Shown here piece after piece: positions 29,243 to 39,421 of a DNA stretch of 47,097 nucleotides (within the stretch, counting starts at the first letter, position 1; the number at the start of each line of letters is the position of its first letter). The notes below the pieces were generated by a model that was not told the DNA's origin, searched no databases, and was given only the letters and a program-made list of their open reading frames with translations. The position numbers and the translations under genes were made by a program. Source of the stretch: Salinarchaeum sp. (GTDB taxonomy: Archaea; Halobacteriota; Halobacteria; Halobacteriales; SKNY01); assembly GCA_007123105.1 (NCBI GenBank), contig SKNY01000065.1, positions 1-47,097 of the forward strand, written 5' to 3'.

Positions 29243-29818
29243 ATGGCGATCCCGAGCGGACGTCTCCATCCGGCCCACCGCGATCTCCTGACGGGGGTAA
29301 TATCCGTCCTCGCGCTCGCGATCGTCGTGACCGCCGCAAGCGGCCGCGTGCCGGCGTCGTTCTTCCCGGCCACCCAAGGATGGGTGATTAGTGGAATTCC
29401 GTACGTCAACGTCGTCATCAGCGTGCTCGCGATCGGTACGATCGTGACCGGCTGGCGTGCGATTCGTGCGGGCCAAATTCGTCGACACCGAAGCGCAATG
29501 ATCGCCGCAACTGCTCTATTCGGAATCTTCCTCACGCTATATTGTTACCGGCTGGCCGTCCTCGGGGGACACGTACCGTTTGACGGGCCGAGTGTGCTCT
29601 ATCGGTACGTGTATTTGCCCCTGTTGGGTGTGCACGTGCTCCTTGCAATCGTATGCGTCCCGTTGCTGATCGATGCACTCGCACATGCGGCTACCGTCCC
29701 GACCACAGCACTCGCGGAGACACGCCATCCGACCGTGGGCCGCGTTGCCGCGGCACTGTGGATCATCTCGTACGTTCTCGGCATCTGCGTCTTCGTACTT
29801 CTCAGACTGGGCAGCTAG
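29243..29818 (+). CDS. DUF420 family membrane protein
   Basis: GWRAIRAGQIRRHRSAM, FLTLY..R, F.GP..LY.YVYLPLL..HVLLA, H..VGRVAA.LW. Confidence 0.82.
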   Translation: MAIPSGRLHPAHRDLLTGVISVLALAIVVTAASGRVPASFFPATQGWVISGIPYVNVVISVLAIGTIVTGWRAIRAGQIRRHRSAMIAATALFGIFLTLYCYRLAVLGGHVPFDGPSVLYRYVYLPLLGVHVLLAIVCVPLLIDALAHAATVPTTALAETRHPTVGRVAAALWIISYVLGICVFVLLRLGS

Positions 29819-31248
29819 TCGTCCGCGCTCGCCGGGGGTTCGCCGATCGTCGGCCGGGTGACGGGCCGATCGGTTTGCTCCCCATCGATGTCATACGGAT
29901 ATTCTCCGGTGATACAGGCCATACAAAGTGCCGAGCTGTCCTTACAAATGGCCTTTGCCACAGCGCCTGCGGAGATATACTTGAGGCTATCGGCGCCGAT
30001 CACATCCCGGATCTCTTCGATCGTTCGATCCGTGGCAATCAGCTCATCACGGGTCGCCATATCGATCCCCATGTAACATGGGGCAATAATCGGTGGCGCA
30101 CCAATGCGCATATGGACCTCCTGGGCGCCTGCGGCACGTAACACTGCGACGAGTTGATCGGACGTCGTGCCACGGACGATACTGTCGTCGACCAAGGTGA
30201 CGGTCCGGCCGGCGACCGTGCTCTTGATCGGATTGTGTTTGAGCCGAACGGCCCGTTCGCGTTCGTCTTGAGTCGGCATGATGAACGTCCGGCCGACGTA
30301 CCGGTTTTTCATCAGTCCCTCGGCGAACTCGACTGTGTCCGGTGCCGCCTCGACGTATCCGCTGGCAAACGCGCGGCCGGAATCGGGAACGGGCATCACC
30401 ACGTCGGTCTCGATACCGCTTTCCTCCCAGAGCGATCGACCGATTTCCCGTCTGACTTCGTAGACGAGTTTCTCGTCGATGATGCTGTCTGGTCGGGCGA
30501 AATAGACCCACTCGAAGAAGCAGTGGGCCGTTCGATCGGTCTCGATAAGTTGATAACTTTCGAAACCAGTGCCGTCGTCCTCAAGAACGATTAGCTCGCC
30601 CGGACAGACATCGCGGATCAACTCACCGCCCAGCGTATCGATCGCCGCGCTTTCCGAACAGAGGATGTACCCATCGTCAACTTTGCCGATGCACAGGGGC
30701 CGGTTGCCTTCGGGGTCCCGGACGCCGAGGACAGTGTCGTCGTGCATGATCGTCAGCGAGTAGGAACCGTGAATTCGGCCCATAGTGCGCTTGACGGCAC
30801 GAACGAGATCGGCACGCAGGAGATTCCTAGCGAGGTCGTGGGCGATAACCTCGGTGTCGCCATCGGAGGTGAACGCGTGGCCAAGTGATTCGAGATCACC
30901 GCGGAGTTCGCCGGCGTTCACGAGGTTCCCATTGTGACAGAGCGCTAACGAGCCGTTCTTAAACGAGACGGTGAATGGCTGGGCACAAGACTTCTCGACG
31001 CTGCCGGCGGTTGGATAGCGGACGTGTCCAATCCCGGCCGCACCGCCGAGGCCGACCAGATCGGCTTCATCGAAGGCCTCGCCGACCAGTCCCATCGCAA
31101 TGTGACTGTGCTGTTGAAAGCCGTCGTGGGTGACGATACCAGCAGATTCCTGACCGCGATGCTGGAGGGCGTACAGCGCGTAATAGATCGGTCGGGCGAC
31201 GTCGTCGGCAGCAGTAGAGATGCCGACCACGCCACACTTGTCTCTCAT
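29815..31248 (-). CDS. purF: Amidophosphoribosyltransferase
   Basis: MRDK-CGVVG (Ntn Cys), LQHRGQESAGI, GHVRYPTAG, VDDSIVRGTT, PCYMGIDM. Confidence 0.97.
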   Translation of the reverse strand: MRDKCGVVGISTAADDVARPIYYALYALQHRGQESAGIVTHDGFQQHSHIAMGLVGEAFDEADLVGLGGAAGIGHVRYPTAGSVEKSCAQPFTVSFKNGSLALCHNGNLVNAGELRGDLESLGHAFTSDGDTEVIAHDLARNLLRADLVRAVKRTMGRIHGSYSLTIMHDDTVLGVRDPEGNRPLCIGKVDDGYILCSESAAIDTLGGELIRDVCPGELIVLEDDGTGFESYQLIETDRTAHCFFEWVYFARPDSIIDEKLVYEVRREIGRSLWEESGIETDVVMPVPDSGRAFASGYVEAAPDTVEFAEGLMKNRYVGRTFIMPTQDERERAVRLKHNPIKSTVAGRTVTLVDDSIVRGTTSDQLVAVLRAAGAQEVHMRIGAPPIIAPCYMGIDMATRDELIATDRTIEEIRDVIGADSLKYISAGAVAKAICKDSSALCMACITGEYPYDIDGEQTDRPVTRPTIGEPPASADD

Positions 31249-31261
31249 CCCAATGTGGTCG

Positions 31262-31435
31262 CTATTCACCGACTTTACTCGTCCACGCGTATTCTCGACG
31301 TTTAGCGGATTTCCCGAAACCACACGCCGAGCAGACGCTCTTCTTCACGTGATAGGACTTCTCGCCGCACCGGCGACATTTCACGTGTGTAGTGGTATTC
31401 TTCTTTCCTTGGCTTGGTGTCCCGGCTCCCGGCAT
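31262..31435 (-). CDS. rpl37e: 50S ribosomal protein L37e (not in the ORF track)
   Basis: Manual translation [57 protein letters not shown]; C4 zinc finger. Confidence 0.97.
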   Translation of the reverse strand: MPGAGTPSQGKKNTTTHVKCRRCGEKSYHVKKSVCSACGFGKSAKRREYAWTSKVGE

Positions 31436-31464
31436 TGTACATCGAACGAAATGGCCGGGACCGG

Positions 31465-31470
31465 TTTAAA
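31465..31470 (-). promoter_or_regulatory. TATA box (TTTAAA) directly upstream of rpl37e
   Basis: Consensus TTTAAA 30-35 nt upstream of the rpl37e ATG. Confidence 0.6.
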
Positions 31471-31648
31471 GCAAACGATAGTCCCCGCTTCGTACCAGAA
31501 GGGACGCCCTTCCGAACAAGGGAGTTTCAAGCCAGCACGTCGCCTCGGAGGCCCGTCCAACGCGGTCTCACCGGCTGCCGACTGGATGGGGTGTCAGTGA
31601 TCGAAAGCACACCGAACGACTAAGACGCTGTCGAGTCAATGTTCGGTT

Positions 31649-31918
31649 ATGGCCGACCGAAAGTTCACGCTACTCGAGTACCACAGCCACGGCAACGGTC
31701 CCAGCATTCTCCCCGATCTCCTCTCCGGACGGATGAAAACACAGGTGGCGGAACCACCCACCGAGGGGGACGACGAAGGCGGGAGCACAGTCGCGGTGGC
31801 AATCGGCTTCCTTGTCCTGGTTGCCATTGCGGCCGGTGTTCGATACTACTGGCAATCTCGTGAAGACGACTCGTATACCGAGCCAGAGAACGTCGAAGTC
31901 ACCGAATTTGAAGCCTAG
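31649..31918 (+). CDS. Small single-helix membrane protein, hypothetical
   Basis: MADRKFTLLEYH..., one TM segment, acidic tail; directly upstream of the zincin gene. Confidence 0.65.
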   Translation: MADRKFTLLEYHSHGNGPSILPDLLSGRMKTQVAEPPTEGDDEGGSTVAVAIGFLVLVAIAAGVRYYWQSREDDSYTEPENVEVTEFEA

Positions 31919-31960
31919 CTGGTGAGCACGTTTTTCAGGCTCCCGACCGACGTCTCCGTA

Positions 31961-32914
31961 ATGGATATTTATCGAAGCCTCCGGGCGGTGTCCCAGGCCA
32001 GTGGACCAGAGGCCATCGACTGGGAGGCGGTCCGAGAGGCCGCCCACGCGGCAACGGTACCTGGTTCGATCGCCCTGGAGCAGAGCGACGAGCAGGGATA
32101 CCGCGACGATGTCCGGGCCGCTCGTGCGGGCGTGCGATCGGTATCCGGAATCGATTTCGACCTCCCGCCGACGTTTCAAGTGCACAACCGGCACCACTGG
32201 ATCGACGCGAACATCGAGACGTTCGAACGCATGCTCGCCCCTATTGCCGAACGGCAATCCGTAATCGTCCCTGACGTGGCACGGGTGTTAAACACAGGCT
32301 CGATGACGGTCACCGTCTCGTTTCTCGCGCGACACGTCCTCGGCCAGTACGATCCGCTGCTATTGACCGACGAACCCGATCATGGGCTCTATTTTGTCCA
32401 TCCAAACGTCAGTCACGTCGCCGATGAGCTCGAATTACCATTCCCCCGCTTTCGACGATGGATTGCGTTCCACGAGGTCGCCCACGCCGCGGAGTTCGGC
32501 GCGGCACCATGGTTGCCAACACAGTTAGAGTCCCACCTCCACGACATGATGGACGCACTGGCAGGGGGCCGGATCGACCGGACGACCTTCCGCGAACTCG
32601 ACGCAACCATGACCGCGGTTGAAGGATATGCTGAGTTGTTGATGGACGAGGCCTTCGATCAACGATACGACGATCTCCGCGATCGGATCGAGCAACGACG
32701 TCGCAACCAGGGGCCACTCGGATCGCTAATGCGACGATTGCTCGGGCTCAGTATCAAACGGCGCCAGTACGAACGCGGTAAAGCATTTTTCGAGGCGGTC
32801 CGCGACGAACGAGGTATCGAGGCAACCGCTCGCGTGTGGGACGATCCCGAAAATCTTCCGCGGTGGGACGAATACGACACACCGGGCCAGTGGATCGCAC
32901 GGGTCGATCCCTGA
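31961..32914 (+). CDS. Zinc-dependent metalloprotease (DUF2342/zincin-like)
   Basis: VLGQYDPLL, LYFVHPN, WIAFHEVAHAAEF (HExxH), MTAVEGYAE, KRRQYERG. Confidence 0.88.
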   Translation: MDIYRSLRAVSQASGPEAIDWEAVREAAHAATVPGSIALEQSDEQGYRDDVRAARAGVRSVSGIDFDLPPTFQVHNRHHWIDANIETFERMLAPIAERQSVIVPDVARVLNTGSMTVTVSFLARHVLGQYDPLLLTDEPDHGLYFVHPNVSHVADELELPFPRFRRWIAFHEVAHAAEFGAAPWLPTQLESHLHDMMDALAGGRIDRTTFRELDATMTAVEGYAELLMDEAFDQRYDDLRDRIEQRRRNQGPLGSLMRRLLGLSIKRRQYERGKAFFEAVRDERGIEATARVWDDPENLPRWDEYDTPGQWIARVDP

Positions 32915-33463
32915 TCAACCGAAGCCACGTCCGATTTCGTCGTCATCGAGCAAATCGTCAAGTTCCGACTCGAGCAGCCGTTCCGCCTCATCGAAGGTTC
33001 CCGAGAGCGCATCGAGTGGTTCCGGCCGATCCCGCTGATCGTAAGTAAGCGGACCGAAGGCCGGACTTTCAATCGCGTCCATGACGTCCTCGAAGAGGTC
33101 TTCCCGTGTGGTCGGTGCCGCGGCGTGGGTTTTGACCGTTTCTTCGAGTCGCTTTGCCCGTTGTTTGGCCTCATCACGATCCTGGACGGCGGGCTGGACG
33201 GCGAACTTCGCGGGCGCGTCTTGGGGCATCCACTGACCTATCTCATCGTCAATGGAACGAGCGACGCGTGTACCGACCCCGCGACGTTCGAACGGATTCT
33301 TCGGATACGTTTTCAAGACGTATACACCCCGGCGGGGGTGGGCAAGATAGAGGTCCTCGCCGATTCCGCGGTTGCGCGGGCCAGCGATCGCCCGCCAGTC
33401 ATCGGAACGAACGTTGGCGTCGACGATCTCACTGACGACATCCCGCCAATCACGCACGCGCAT
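32915..33463 (-). CDS. Conserved haloarchaeal hypothetical protein
   Basis: Start MRVRDWRDVV at 33463; WRA.AG.R..G.GEDLYL.HP, LKTYPKNPF, SPAFGP. Confidence 0.7.
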   Translation of the reverse strand: MRVRDWRDVVSEIVDANVRSDDWRAIAGPRNRGIGEDLYLAHPRRGVYVLKTYPKNPFERRGVGTRVARSIDDEIGQWMPQDAPAKFAVQPAVQDRDEAKQRAKRLEETVKTHAAAPTTREDLFEDVMDAIESPAFGPLTYDQRDRPEPLDALSGTFDEAERLLESELDDLLDDDEIGRGFG

Positions 33464-33503
33464 ACGTACAAACTGCGCGATCGGTAGGAATGAACGTATC
33501 GGA

Positions 33504-36167
33504 TCACAATATGCTGTCATCGATGGTGTCCAAGACGTGCCGGTGGTAAGCACGGATTGCCTCGTTTCGCGAACCGCCAATGACTGTCGAGCTAGCGGAC
33601 AGGGTTGCAAGCCCGAAAGCGAGTGGGCTCGGCGAGTCAACGGTAACCCGATCGACGGCCACTGCGTCGGTCGCGATATCATTGAGGAGGCGTTCGATCT
33701 CACCGACAGCAAAATAATCCTCTAGCAGCTCACGGTGTGTTTCCGCGAGTACGACAAAGTCATCAAGCGCTCGTGCGAACTCCAGCAGCATTTCGCTCGA
33801 CACTTGCTGTTCGCGCGCCGATTTCTCTTTACCCTTGTAATGGCGGAGGATCATGAACGAACGCGTTGCGTTGATTCTGAAGTATCGTTTTTCGAGATCA
33901 GTCCCTGCAATGGCCGCGCGCAGTCGCTTCCGTACATTCAGAGCGGCCAGTTCCTCGAGAGTACGAGCCACGTCCACCTTGTGGTTCAGCGGCATCGATA
34001 ACGTGAATCCACCGTCGTCGACGGCCGTCGTGACCTGGGCACCCGTGGTCTCTCGACAGAAGGCCGCGACCAGTCGGGCCAGTCCGTCATTGGTGCGCCT
34101 CCCGAACGTGGCGTGGACGTAATACCGGCGTTGGTAACCGTCGTGATCGCGCTCCTCCTCGACGAGCAGTCGGTCGGGGGTGCTGACGGCATCGACATAC
34201 GCGAGCTGTTCGTCGATCAAGCGAGTGAGGCCACCTCGGGCGTGAGCGTTCATCGGGGTCGATGCTAATCGTGCACGCACGGCAGCGCGACCACCCTGCC
34301 GATGGGCTTCGTCGAGATCCCGTTGGAGGCGCAACCGTTCCCGACCAACGTCGACGGCCAGGGGCATCTGCTCTGAGAACCACGTCGGGACCGTCGGCCG
34401 CGCGTCGGTCGGATCGACGAACAGCTCACCGCCCCGACGATAGCGGAACACGAACCGCTGCCCACCGAGGAGGAAGACATCGCCGGGTTCGATGGCGTCG
34501 AGGAACGTTTCGTCGAGGCTGCCGACCCGTTCGTCAGTCTCCCGGCTGCGGACGGTACATGCAAAGCTACCGGGAATCGTCCCGACATTTGTCATGTAGA
34601 TGGGACGGGCCAGCCGACCGCGTTTGCCGATCAACCGCGTGCCCGGCGGAAAGCCTTCGTGATGGTGGGGGCCCGCTGGTGGATCGTTCGCGTCGACCCA
34701 GACCTTCGGATAGACGTGCCGTTCGGTGAGTCCATCATAGTCCGCGGTGAGATACCGGAGCAGCCGTGACCAGTCCGCATTCGAGTAATCGCGGAACGGA
34801 TACGCTCGCCGTAATATCCGTCGCACCGCCGCTTCCTTGCTGACCGCGGCGATTGCCATGCCGTAGACGTGCTGGACTGCAACGTCGTGTGGCCGGGTCG
34901 GGATCGTAATCCGATCAACCGTCCCGGCGTCGATCATCCTGAGCATCGCTGCACACTCCAGTAACTCGGCCCGATCGAGTACGAAGAGCCGCCCCGTGAC
35001 AGTTTCTCCCAGCTGGTGACCAGCCCGGCCAAACCGCTGGAGCAGCGCCGCCGTCGACTTTGGGCTCCCCAATTGAACGACCAAGTCGATATCTGGCATA
35101 TCGATGCCGAGCTCCAGGCTCGTAGATGTGGTCACGACGTCTAACGTCCCTTCCTTTAGTTCGGCCTCCACTCGCTCGCGAACGGGCTGGGAGAGGCTGC
35201 CGTGATGGCATCCCGAGTTCGACTCATTGTATGCCGGATAGCGATCGCGGAGTTCGTGCAGAACACGTTCTGCGCCGGAGCGCGTGTTCGTGAACACGAG
35301 CACACTATTGTGTTCGCGGACGAGCGCGTGGAGGCGGTCATACATGGCATCGCGCACGCGACCGGCCGGCGTCCGGACGAGATCGGCACATGGAGACACT
35401 AGCTCGAGATCGTAGGTCCGTGAGAACCGACGGTCAACGATCTCACACGGCCGTTGTCGTCCGTTATCGTCGTACCCGACAAGGAAAGCCGCAACGTTGT
35501 CGATCGGTTCGATGGTAGCGGAACAGCCGATACGGACGGGTGATCCGTCAGCGAGTTCCTCCAATCGTTCCAGGCTGACTGCGAGATGGCTCCCGCGCTT
35601 GCTGGCCGCCAGGTTGTGGATCTCGTCGACGATCACGTATTCGACCGTCCGCAAATGGTCCCGAAACGACGGCGCGTTCAGGAGAATGGCCAACGTTTCC
35701 GGTGTCGTATTGAGAATGTGGGGCGGCTCTGCGAGCATCCGCTGGCGGGCGTATGCGTCGGTGTCACCGTGGCGGATGGCATGGCGAATGTCGACGGTCT
35801 GACCGTCGTCGTCCTCGACGATGGCCGAGATCTCGTCAAGCGGCCGCGAAAGATTGCGGTGGATGTCATTCGCAAGTGATTTGAGCGGCGAAATGTAGAG
35901 ACAGTAGACCGTATCATCGAGCTCGCCGCGTCGATCTCGGCGTAGGAGATCGTCGATGATCGCGGTGAATGACGCTAGCGTCTTCCCGCTCCCGGTCGGA
36001 GCGGCGACGAGGACGTGGTCGTCGTCCAGAATATGGGGAATCGCCCCGCGTTGGGGCGGAGTGAACCGATGGGCGACGCCATCGCCGAATCGGTCGAGCC
36101 ACCAGCGCCCGATTGCGGGATCCAATCGGTCGAAAATGGCAGCATCCTGTGAACGACCGTCCCCCAT
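33504..36167 (-). CDS. lhr: Lhr-core ATP-dependent DEAD/H helicase
   Basis: APTGSGKT, YISPLKSLANDI, DEIH, SAT, HHGSLS, SLELGID, QRFGRAGH. Confidence 0.92.
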   Translation of the reverse strand: MGDGRSQDAAIFDRLDPAIGRWWLDRFGDGVAHRFTPPQRGAIPHILDDDHVLVAAPTGSGKTLASFTAIIDDLLRRDRRGELDDTVYCLYISPLKSLANDIHRNLSRPLDEISAIVEDDDGQTVDIRHAIRHGDTDAYARQRMLAEPPHILNTTPETLAILLNAPSFRDHLRTVEYVIVDEIHNLAASKRGSHLAVSLERLEELADGSPVRIGCSATIEPIDNVAAFLVGYDDNGRQRPCEIVDRRFSRTYDLELVSPCADLVRTPAGRVRDAMYDRLHALVREHNSVLVFTNTRSGAERVLHELRDRYPAYNESNSGCHHGSLSQPVRERVEAELKEGTLDVVTTSTSLELGIDMPDIDLVVQLGSPKSTAALLQRFGRAGHQLGETVTGRLFVLDRAELLECAAMLRMIDAGTVDRITIPTRPHDVAVQHVYGMAIAAVSKEAAVRRILRRAYPFRDYSNADWSRLLRYLTADYDGLTERHVYPKVWVDANDPPAGPHHHEGFPPGTRLIGKRGRLARPIYMTNVGTIPGSFACTVRSRETDERVGSLDETFLDAIEPGDVFLLGGQRFVFRYRRGGELFVDPTDARPTVPTWFSEQMPLAVDVGRERLRLQRDLDEAHRQGGRAAVRARLASTPMNAHARGGLTRLIDEQLAYVDAVSTPDRLLVEEERDHDGYQRRYYVHATFGRRTNDGLARLVAAFCRETTGAQVTTAVDDGGFTLSMPLNHKVDVARTLEELAALNVRKRLRAAIAGTDLEKRYFRINATRSFMILRHYKGKEKSAREQQVSSEMLLEFARALDDFVVLAETHRELLEDYFAVGEIERLLNDIATDAVAVDRVTVDSPSPLAFGLATLSASSTVIGGSRNEAIRAYHRHVLDTIDDSIL

Positions 36168-36221
36168 CGTTGGTTCAAGACGGAGCAATCATATGATCGT
36201 TCGGTGTGGAGTGAAGGTGGC

Positions 36222-37289
36222 TTACTCGATCGGATACCGGAGGAGTGCAGCGATCCCACCGAGGTTAGCGAGCTGTCGACCCGGATCGTGACGAGCAGAG
36301 ATGACGACGATGTCCCCGCCCTGCTGTTCGACCTGCTGTAACACCGTTTCCGGATCGGTTGACCAGTCCCCGTCGTCGGTTCGTTCGAGCCGAAGCCGCT
36401 CATCGAGGATCGCGAGCTGTTCGACGGCGCCGTAAGCGCCAGCAGTGGCGACTTCGTCGATGCCATAGGTGACCGGCTCATCGGTTCCCAGCCGGCGCAT
36501 TATTTCTTCGACACAGGCGGCCTCCTCGCCGATGCGGGCTGCAGATCGGACCTCATCGAGAACCCCGCGCTCGAGTACTTCGTTCACCCCGCGACCGCCT
36601 GCGGCGGAGGTGTCGACCACGGTCAATCGATCGTCGAGATCGGGGTGGACGTCGGAAATGACGTCGACGGCATCCTCCTTGGTAAATCCGGGACCAGCCA
36701 CGACGATCCGATCGACGTCCAGCCGGCCAACAAGGGTTGCGATCTCCTCGAAGAAAGATGATCGCGCGCGAGCGTACTCGCCCTTGCCCGTCGGGCCGGA
36801 GATCGTTGCGATCTCCTCGGGGCCGTATTGGTTGACCGCAAATAACGTCGCCTCCCCCTCCTCGACCGTGACGATGGCGACATCCGGATCGGCGGCCGCC
36901 TCGACGGCCGCCTCCAGGCGGTCGCGTTGATCGACCGAGAAGCGTTTCTGCATGCTAATTTCGTCGTGGATGTCGACGTTGATCGTGTGATGGAAGCCGA
37001 CCTGATCCTCTCTGGAGCAGGCAACGATTTCGCCGCTGACCCGGAGGCGGTTTGCGTGCCGATCGAATTCGACGTCCTCGACCGCAACGGCAGCCCAGAG
37101 ATGTTCGCGCTGGCCACCAGTATCCCGCATGTGATCCTCCTGGCGCTGGATCCGCCGGTGGGTATCGCCCGCAACACGGTCCCCAGGTTCGATGACGTAT
37201 TGGAGATGCCAAAGGTCGTCGACGCCGTCGGGAACGACGCTCATCCGTTCATAGTCGCCGTCGATCGTTTCACGTTCGGTAATGCGCAT
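36222..37289 (-). CDS. pelA: mRNA surveillance/ribosome rescue protein Pelota (aDom34)
   Basis: DDLWHL..VIEPGD, RLRVSG, GFHHT, AGPGFTK, VTYG..EV, LGGIAALLRY; start at 37289. Confidence 0.93.
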   Translation of the reverse strand: MRITERETIDGDYERMSVVPDGVDDLWHLQYVIEPGDRVAGDTHRRIQRQEDHMRDTGGQREHLWAAVAVEDVEFDRHANRLRVSGEIVACSREDQVGFHHTINVDIHDEISMQKRFSVDQRDRLEAAVEAAADPDVAIVTVEEGEATLFAVNQYGPEEIATISGPTGKGEYARARSSFFEEIATLVGRLDVDRIVVAGPGFTKEDAVDVISDVHPDLDDRLTVVDTSAAGGRGVNEVLERGVLDEVRSAARIGEEAACVEEIMRRLGTDEPVTYGIDEVATAGAYGAVEQLAILDERLRLERTDDGDWSTDPETVLQQVEQQGGDIVVISARHDPGRQLANLGGIAALLRYPIE

Positions 37290-37299
37290 ACTGTAACTC

Positions 37300-39378
37300 T
37301 CAGGGTTCGATGATGCGGCTCCGTCCCGGAGGGAGAAATCCCTGGATCTGATCCGGGCTGGCGATCTTGCGGACGAACGTCGTATCTGTGAACGACGTTC
37401 GGAAGGATCGGTAGATCCGTTTGGCGACGTCGTCTTGGGCGAATTCACCTGGTTGGACCCGACAGGTCACCTCAGCGCGTTCGAGAACCGGATCCGGCGG
37501 GCCCCCGATCACACGCGTGACGGGTTCACAGGTGATACCGATCGCGATCTCGACTTCGATGTTCTCGAAGTAATCGCGTTCACCGCGGATGACGAACGCC
37601 CCTTTCTGGAGATACTCGCCGCTTTCGGGATCCTTCCCAACCTGGTTGGCCTCGACCACGTACGCATCACCGGCGAACTGGCCGGCCTTCCATACCGAGG
37701 AATACGCGACGGCAAACTGGGCGGCCTCCTGGAGGGACCGCTCTGGGAAGGGCCCCTCACGAACCGGTTCGGACGGGTCGCTACCCTTCAAAATCGTTAC
37801 AGGGCCGCCATGAGCCTGTGCATGGACGAACCGGTCGCCGCGTTCGAGATACTTCGCGACCAGCTCTTCGTTCTGTTCGGCGTTGCGTCCGCCGAGGACA
37901 AGAAAGCCGTCGCTCGTTCTAAACCACCGAAACCGTTCGAACCAGTCATCGGGTTCCCGAACCGGAATCGACCGCCGACTCAACCAATCGGTAGGTTCGT
38001 CCTCATCCACCTCGACCGGTTCGGGCTGTGGCGAATCGCGCCGGTTCTCGAGCGCCTCGCGCTCGGCTTCCGTCTCTGCGAGTGCAGTCTTGGCGCCCTC
38101 GCGTTTGTTCTCGATCGCCTTAGCCTCCTGGTAAAGCCGGTTGGCATTCCGTTCGACGCCCGTGGTGACGTCGACGGTTACGCGATCATCGCCAAGGTCG
38201 ATCGTGACCGTCGCGTCACCAGGTTGGATGTCGGTAACGGCCGCTGCCCGTTCGTTACCGGCCTCGGCGGCATCCTCGAACCGCTCGATAATAGTGTCCC
38301 AGGGGACATCGTCAGCACGTGCGGCGGCAACCGTAGAGATGATCTCATCCACGAGGTCATACTGGGCGTACAGCATCTCCGCTCGTGTCCGTGTAGCTTC
38401 GGCTTCCTCGGCGAGGTCGTCGATGGCCGCCCGTTGCTGGTCGATAATCCGTTCGATCCGAGCGATTTCCTCCGCCAGATCGGGACCGTCGTCCGTGTCC
38501 TCCTCGACCGGTATCGTCTCGAGTTCGACATAGTACTGATCGACTGCGGTCGAAAACCGATCGAATTGCTCGAACGCGAGGGCTTCGTACTCGACAAGGG
38601 GTAACGGCGTGACATCCACGGGTTGATCATCGGTGCGGTATATCCGGGGGTCAAAGGTCCGTTCGCGAATCCGGTCGGCAACCGAGCAAAGCGCCTCATA
38701 GACCCGTTCGATGACCGCTTCGTCGATGTTGTCGGTCGGCATCGACCCATCAACCCCGGCTCTGGCACACAGTTCCTCCGCATAGGTTCCCCCGAGATTC
38801 AGCTGCGTGGCAAGCGTCCGGACGAGATCCGCATCGGATGCTTGAATGAGACCGGCTACCCGGTCGTATCCAACGGAGAACGGATCGAGCTGGCGATCCG
38901 GGTACTCATACGTTCCCCCGGGTGCAATCGTTCGCGACCGCAGCCGTACCGTCTCCAGTGCGTCGATGATGGTGTCGGTCGCATCACATACGATTAGATT
39001 GCCTTGGCCGAACAGTTCGACGATCACCGTCGTTGATTCATCCCCACGGACGAACCGTAACGTGACGATGCGGTCGAACTCGTACTGCTCGACGGACTCA
39101 AGACTCGCACCCGTCAACCGATTGCGTAACATCTTCGCAAAGTTCGGGGGCCGATCCGGGGCATCCGGTACCCGTTCGGGGTCGGCCATGTGAATGCGCT
39201 TGTACTCACCAACCTGACAGAGCAGTTCGATCCGGCCACGATCGAAATCCCGCATCCGAAACCGAACGAGGTCGTCCGGGTAGAGATACGCCTTGTCGAT
39301 CTTCGCACCCCGGTAGTCGCGAAGCTCGCCCACGAGGGCCGCGATGTCGATGCTCGTGAGTTCCCGTTTGGCCTCCAT
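37300..39378 (-). CDS. rqcH: Ribosome rescue protein RqcH (Rqc2/NEMF, NFACT)
   Basis: LTSIDIAAL, FAKMLRNRL, EFDRIV, ELFGQGN, coiled coil, WFERFRWF...GGRNAEQNEELV, SGEYLQKGAFVIRGER. Confidence 0.93.
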   Translation of the reverse strand: MEAKRELTSIDIAALVGELRDYRGAKIDKAYLYPDDLVRFRMRDFDRGRIELLCQVGEYKRIHMADPERVPDAPDRPPNFAKMLRNRLTGASLESVEQYEFDRIVTLRFVRGDESTTVIVELFGQGNLIVCDATDTIIDALETVRLRSRTIAPGGTYEYPDRQLDPFSVGYDRVAGLIQASDADLVRTLATQLNLGGTYAEELCARAGVDGSMPTDNIDEAVIERVYEALCSVADRIRERTFDPRIYRTDDQPVDVTPLPLVEYEALAFEQFDRFSTAVDQYYVELETIPVEEDTDDGPDLAEEIARIERIIDQQRAAIDDLAEEAEATRTRAEMLYAQYDLVDEIISTVAAARADDVPWDTIIERFEDAAEAGNERAAAVTDIQPGDATVTIDLGDDRVTVDVTTGVERNANRLYQEAKAIENKREGAKTALAETEAEREALENRRDSPQPEPVEVDEDEPTDWLSRRSIPVREPDDWFERFRWFRTSDGFLVLGGRNAEQNEELVAKYLERGDRFVHAQAHGGPVTILKGSDPSEPVREGPFPERSLQEAAQFAVAYSSVWKAGQFAGDAYVVEANQVGKDPESGEYLQKGAFVIRGERDYFENIEVEIAIGITCEPVTRVIGGPPDPVLERAEVTCRVQPGEFAQDDVAKRIYRSFRTSFTDTTFVRKIASPDQIQGFLPPGRSRIIEP

Positions 39379-39421
39379 GTACGCAGTGAACGGAACGGCG
39401 GGAAAGGCCTATCGCTCCGAC

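Noticed and set aside
31515-31560. Faint Lsm N-terminus-like codons (GGA CGG ... GAC GTG CTG) on the minus strand
   Set aside because: Not in one frame and too short to distinguish from chance
31611-31647. Imperfect hairpin just before the 31649 ATG
   Set aside because: It overlaps the probable TATA position, so it is likely not transcribed; weak stem
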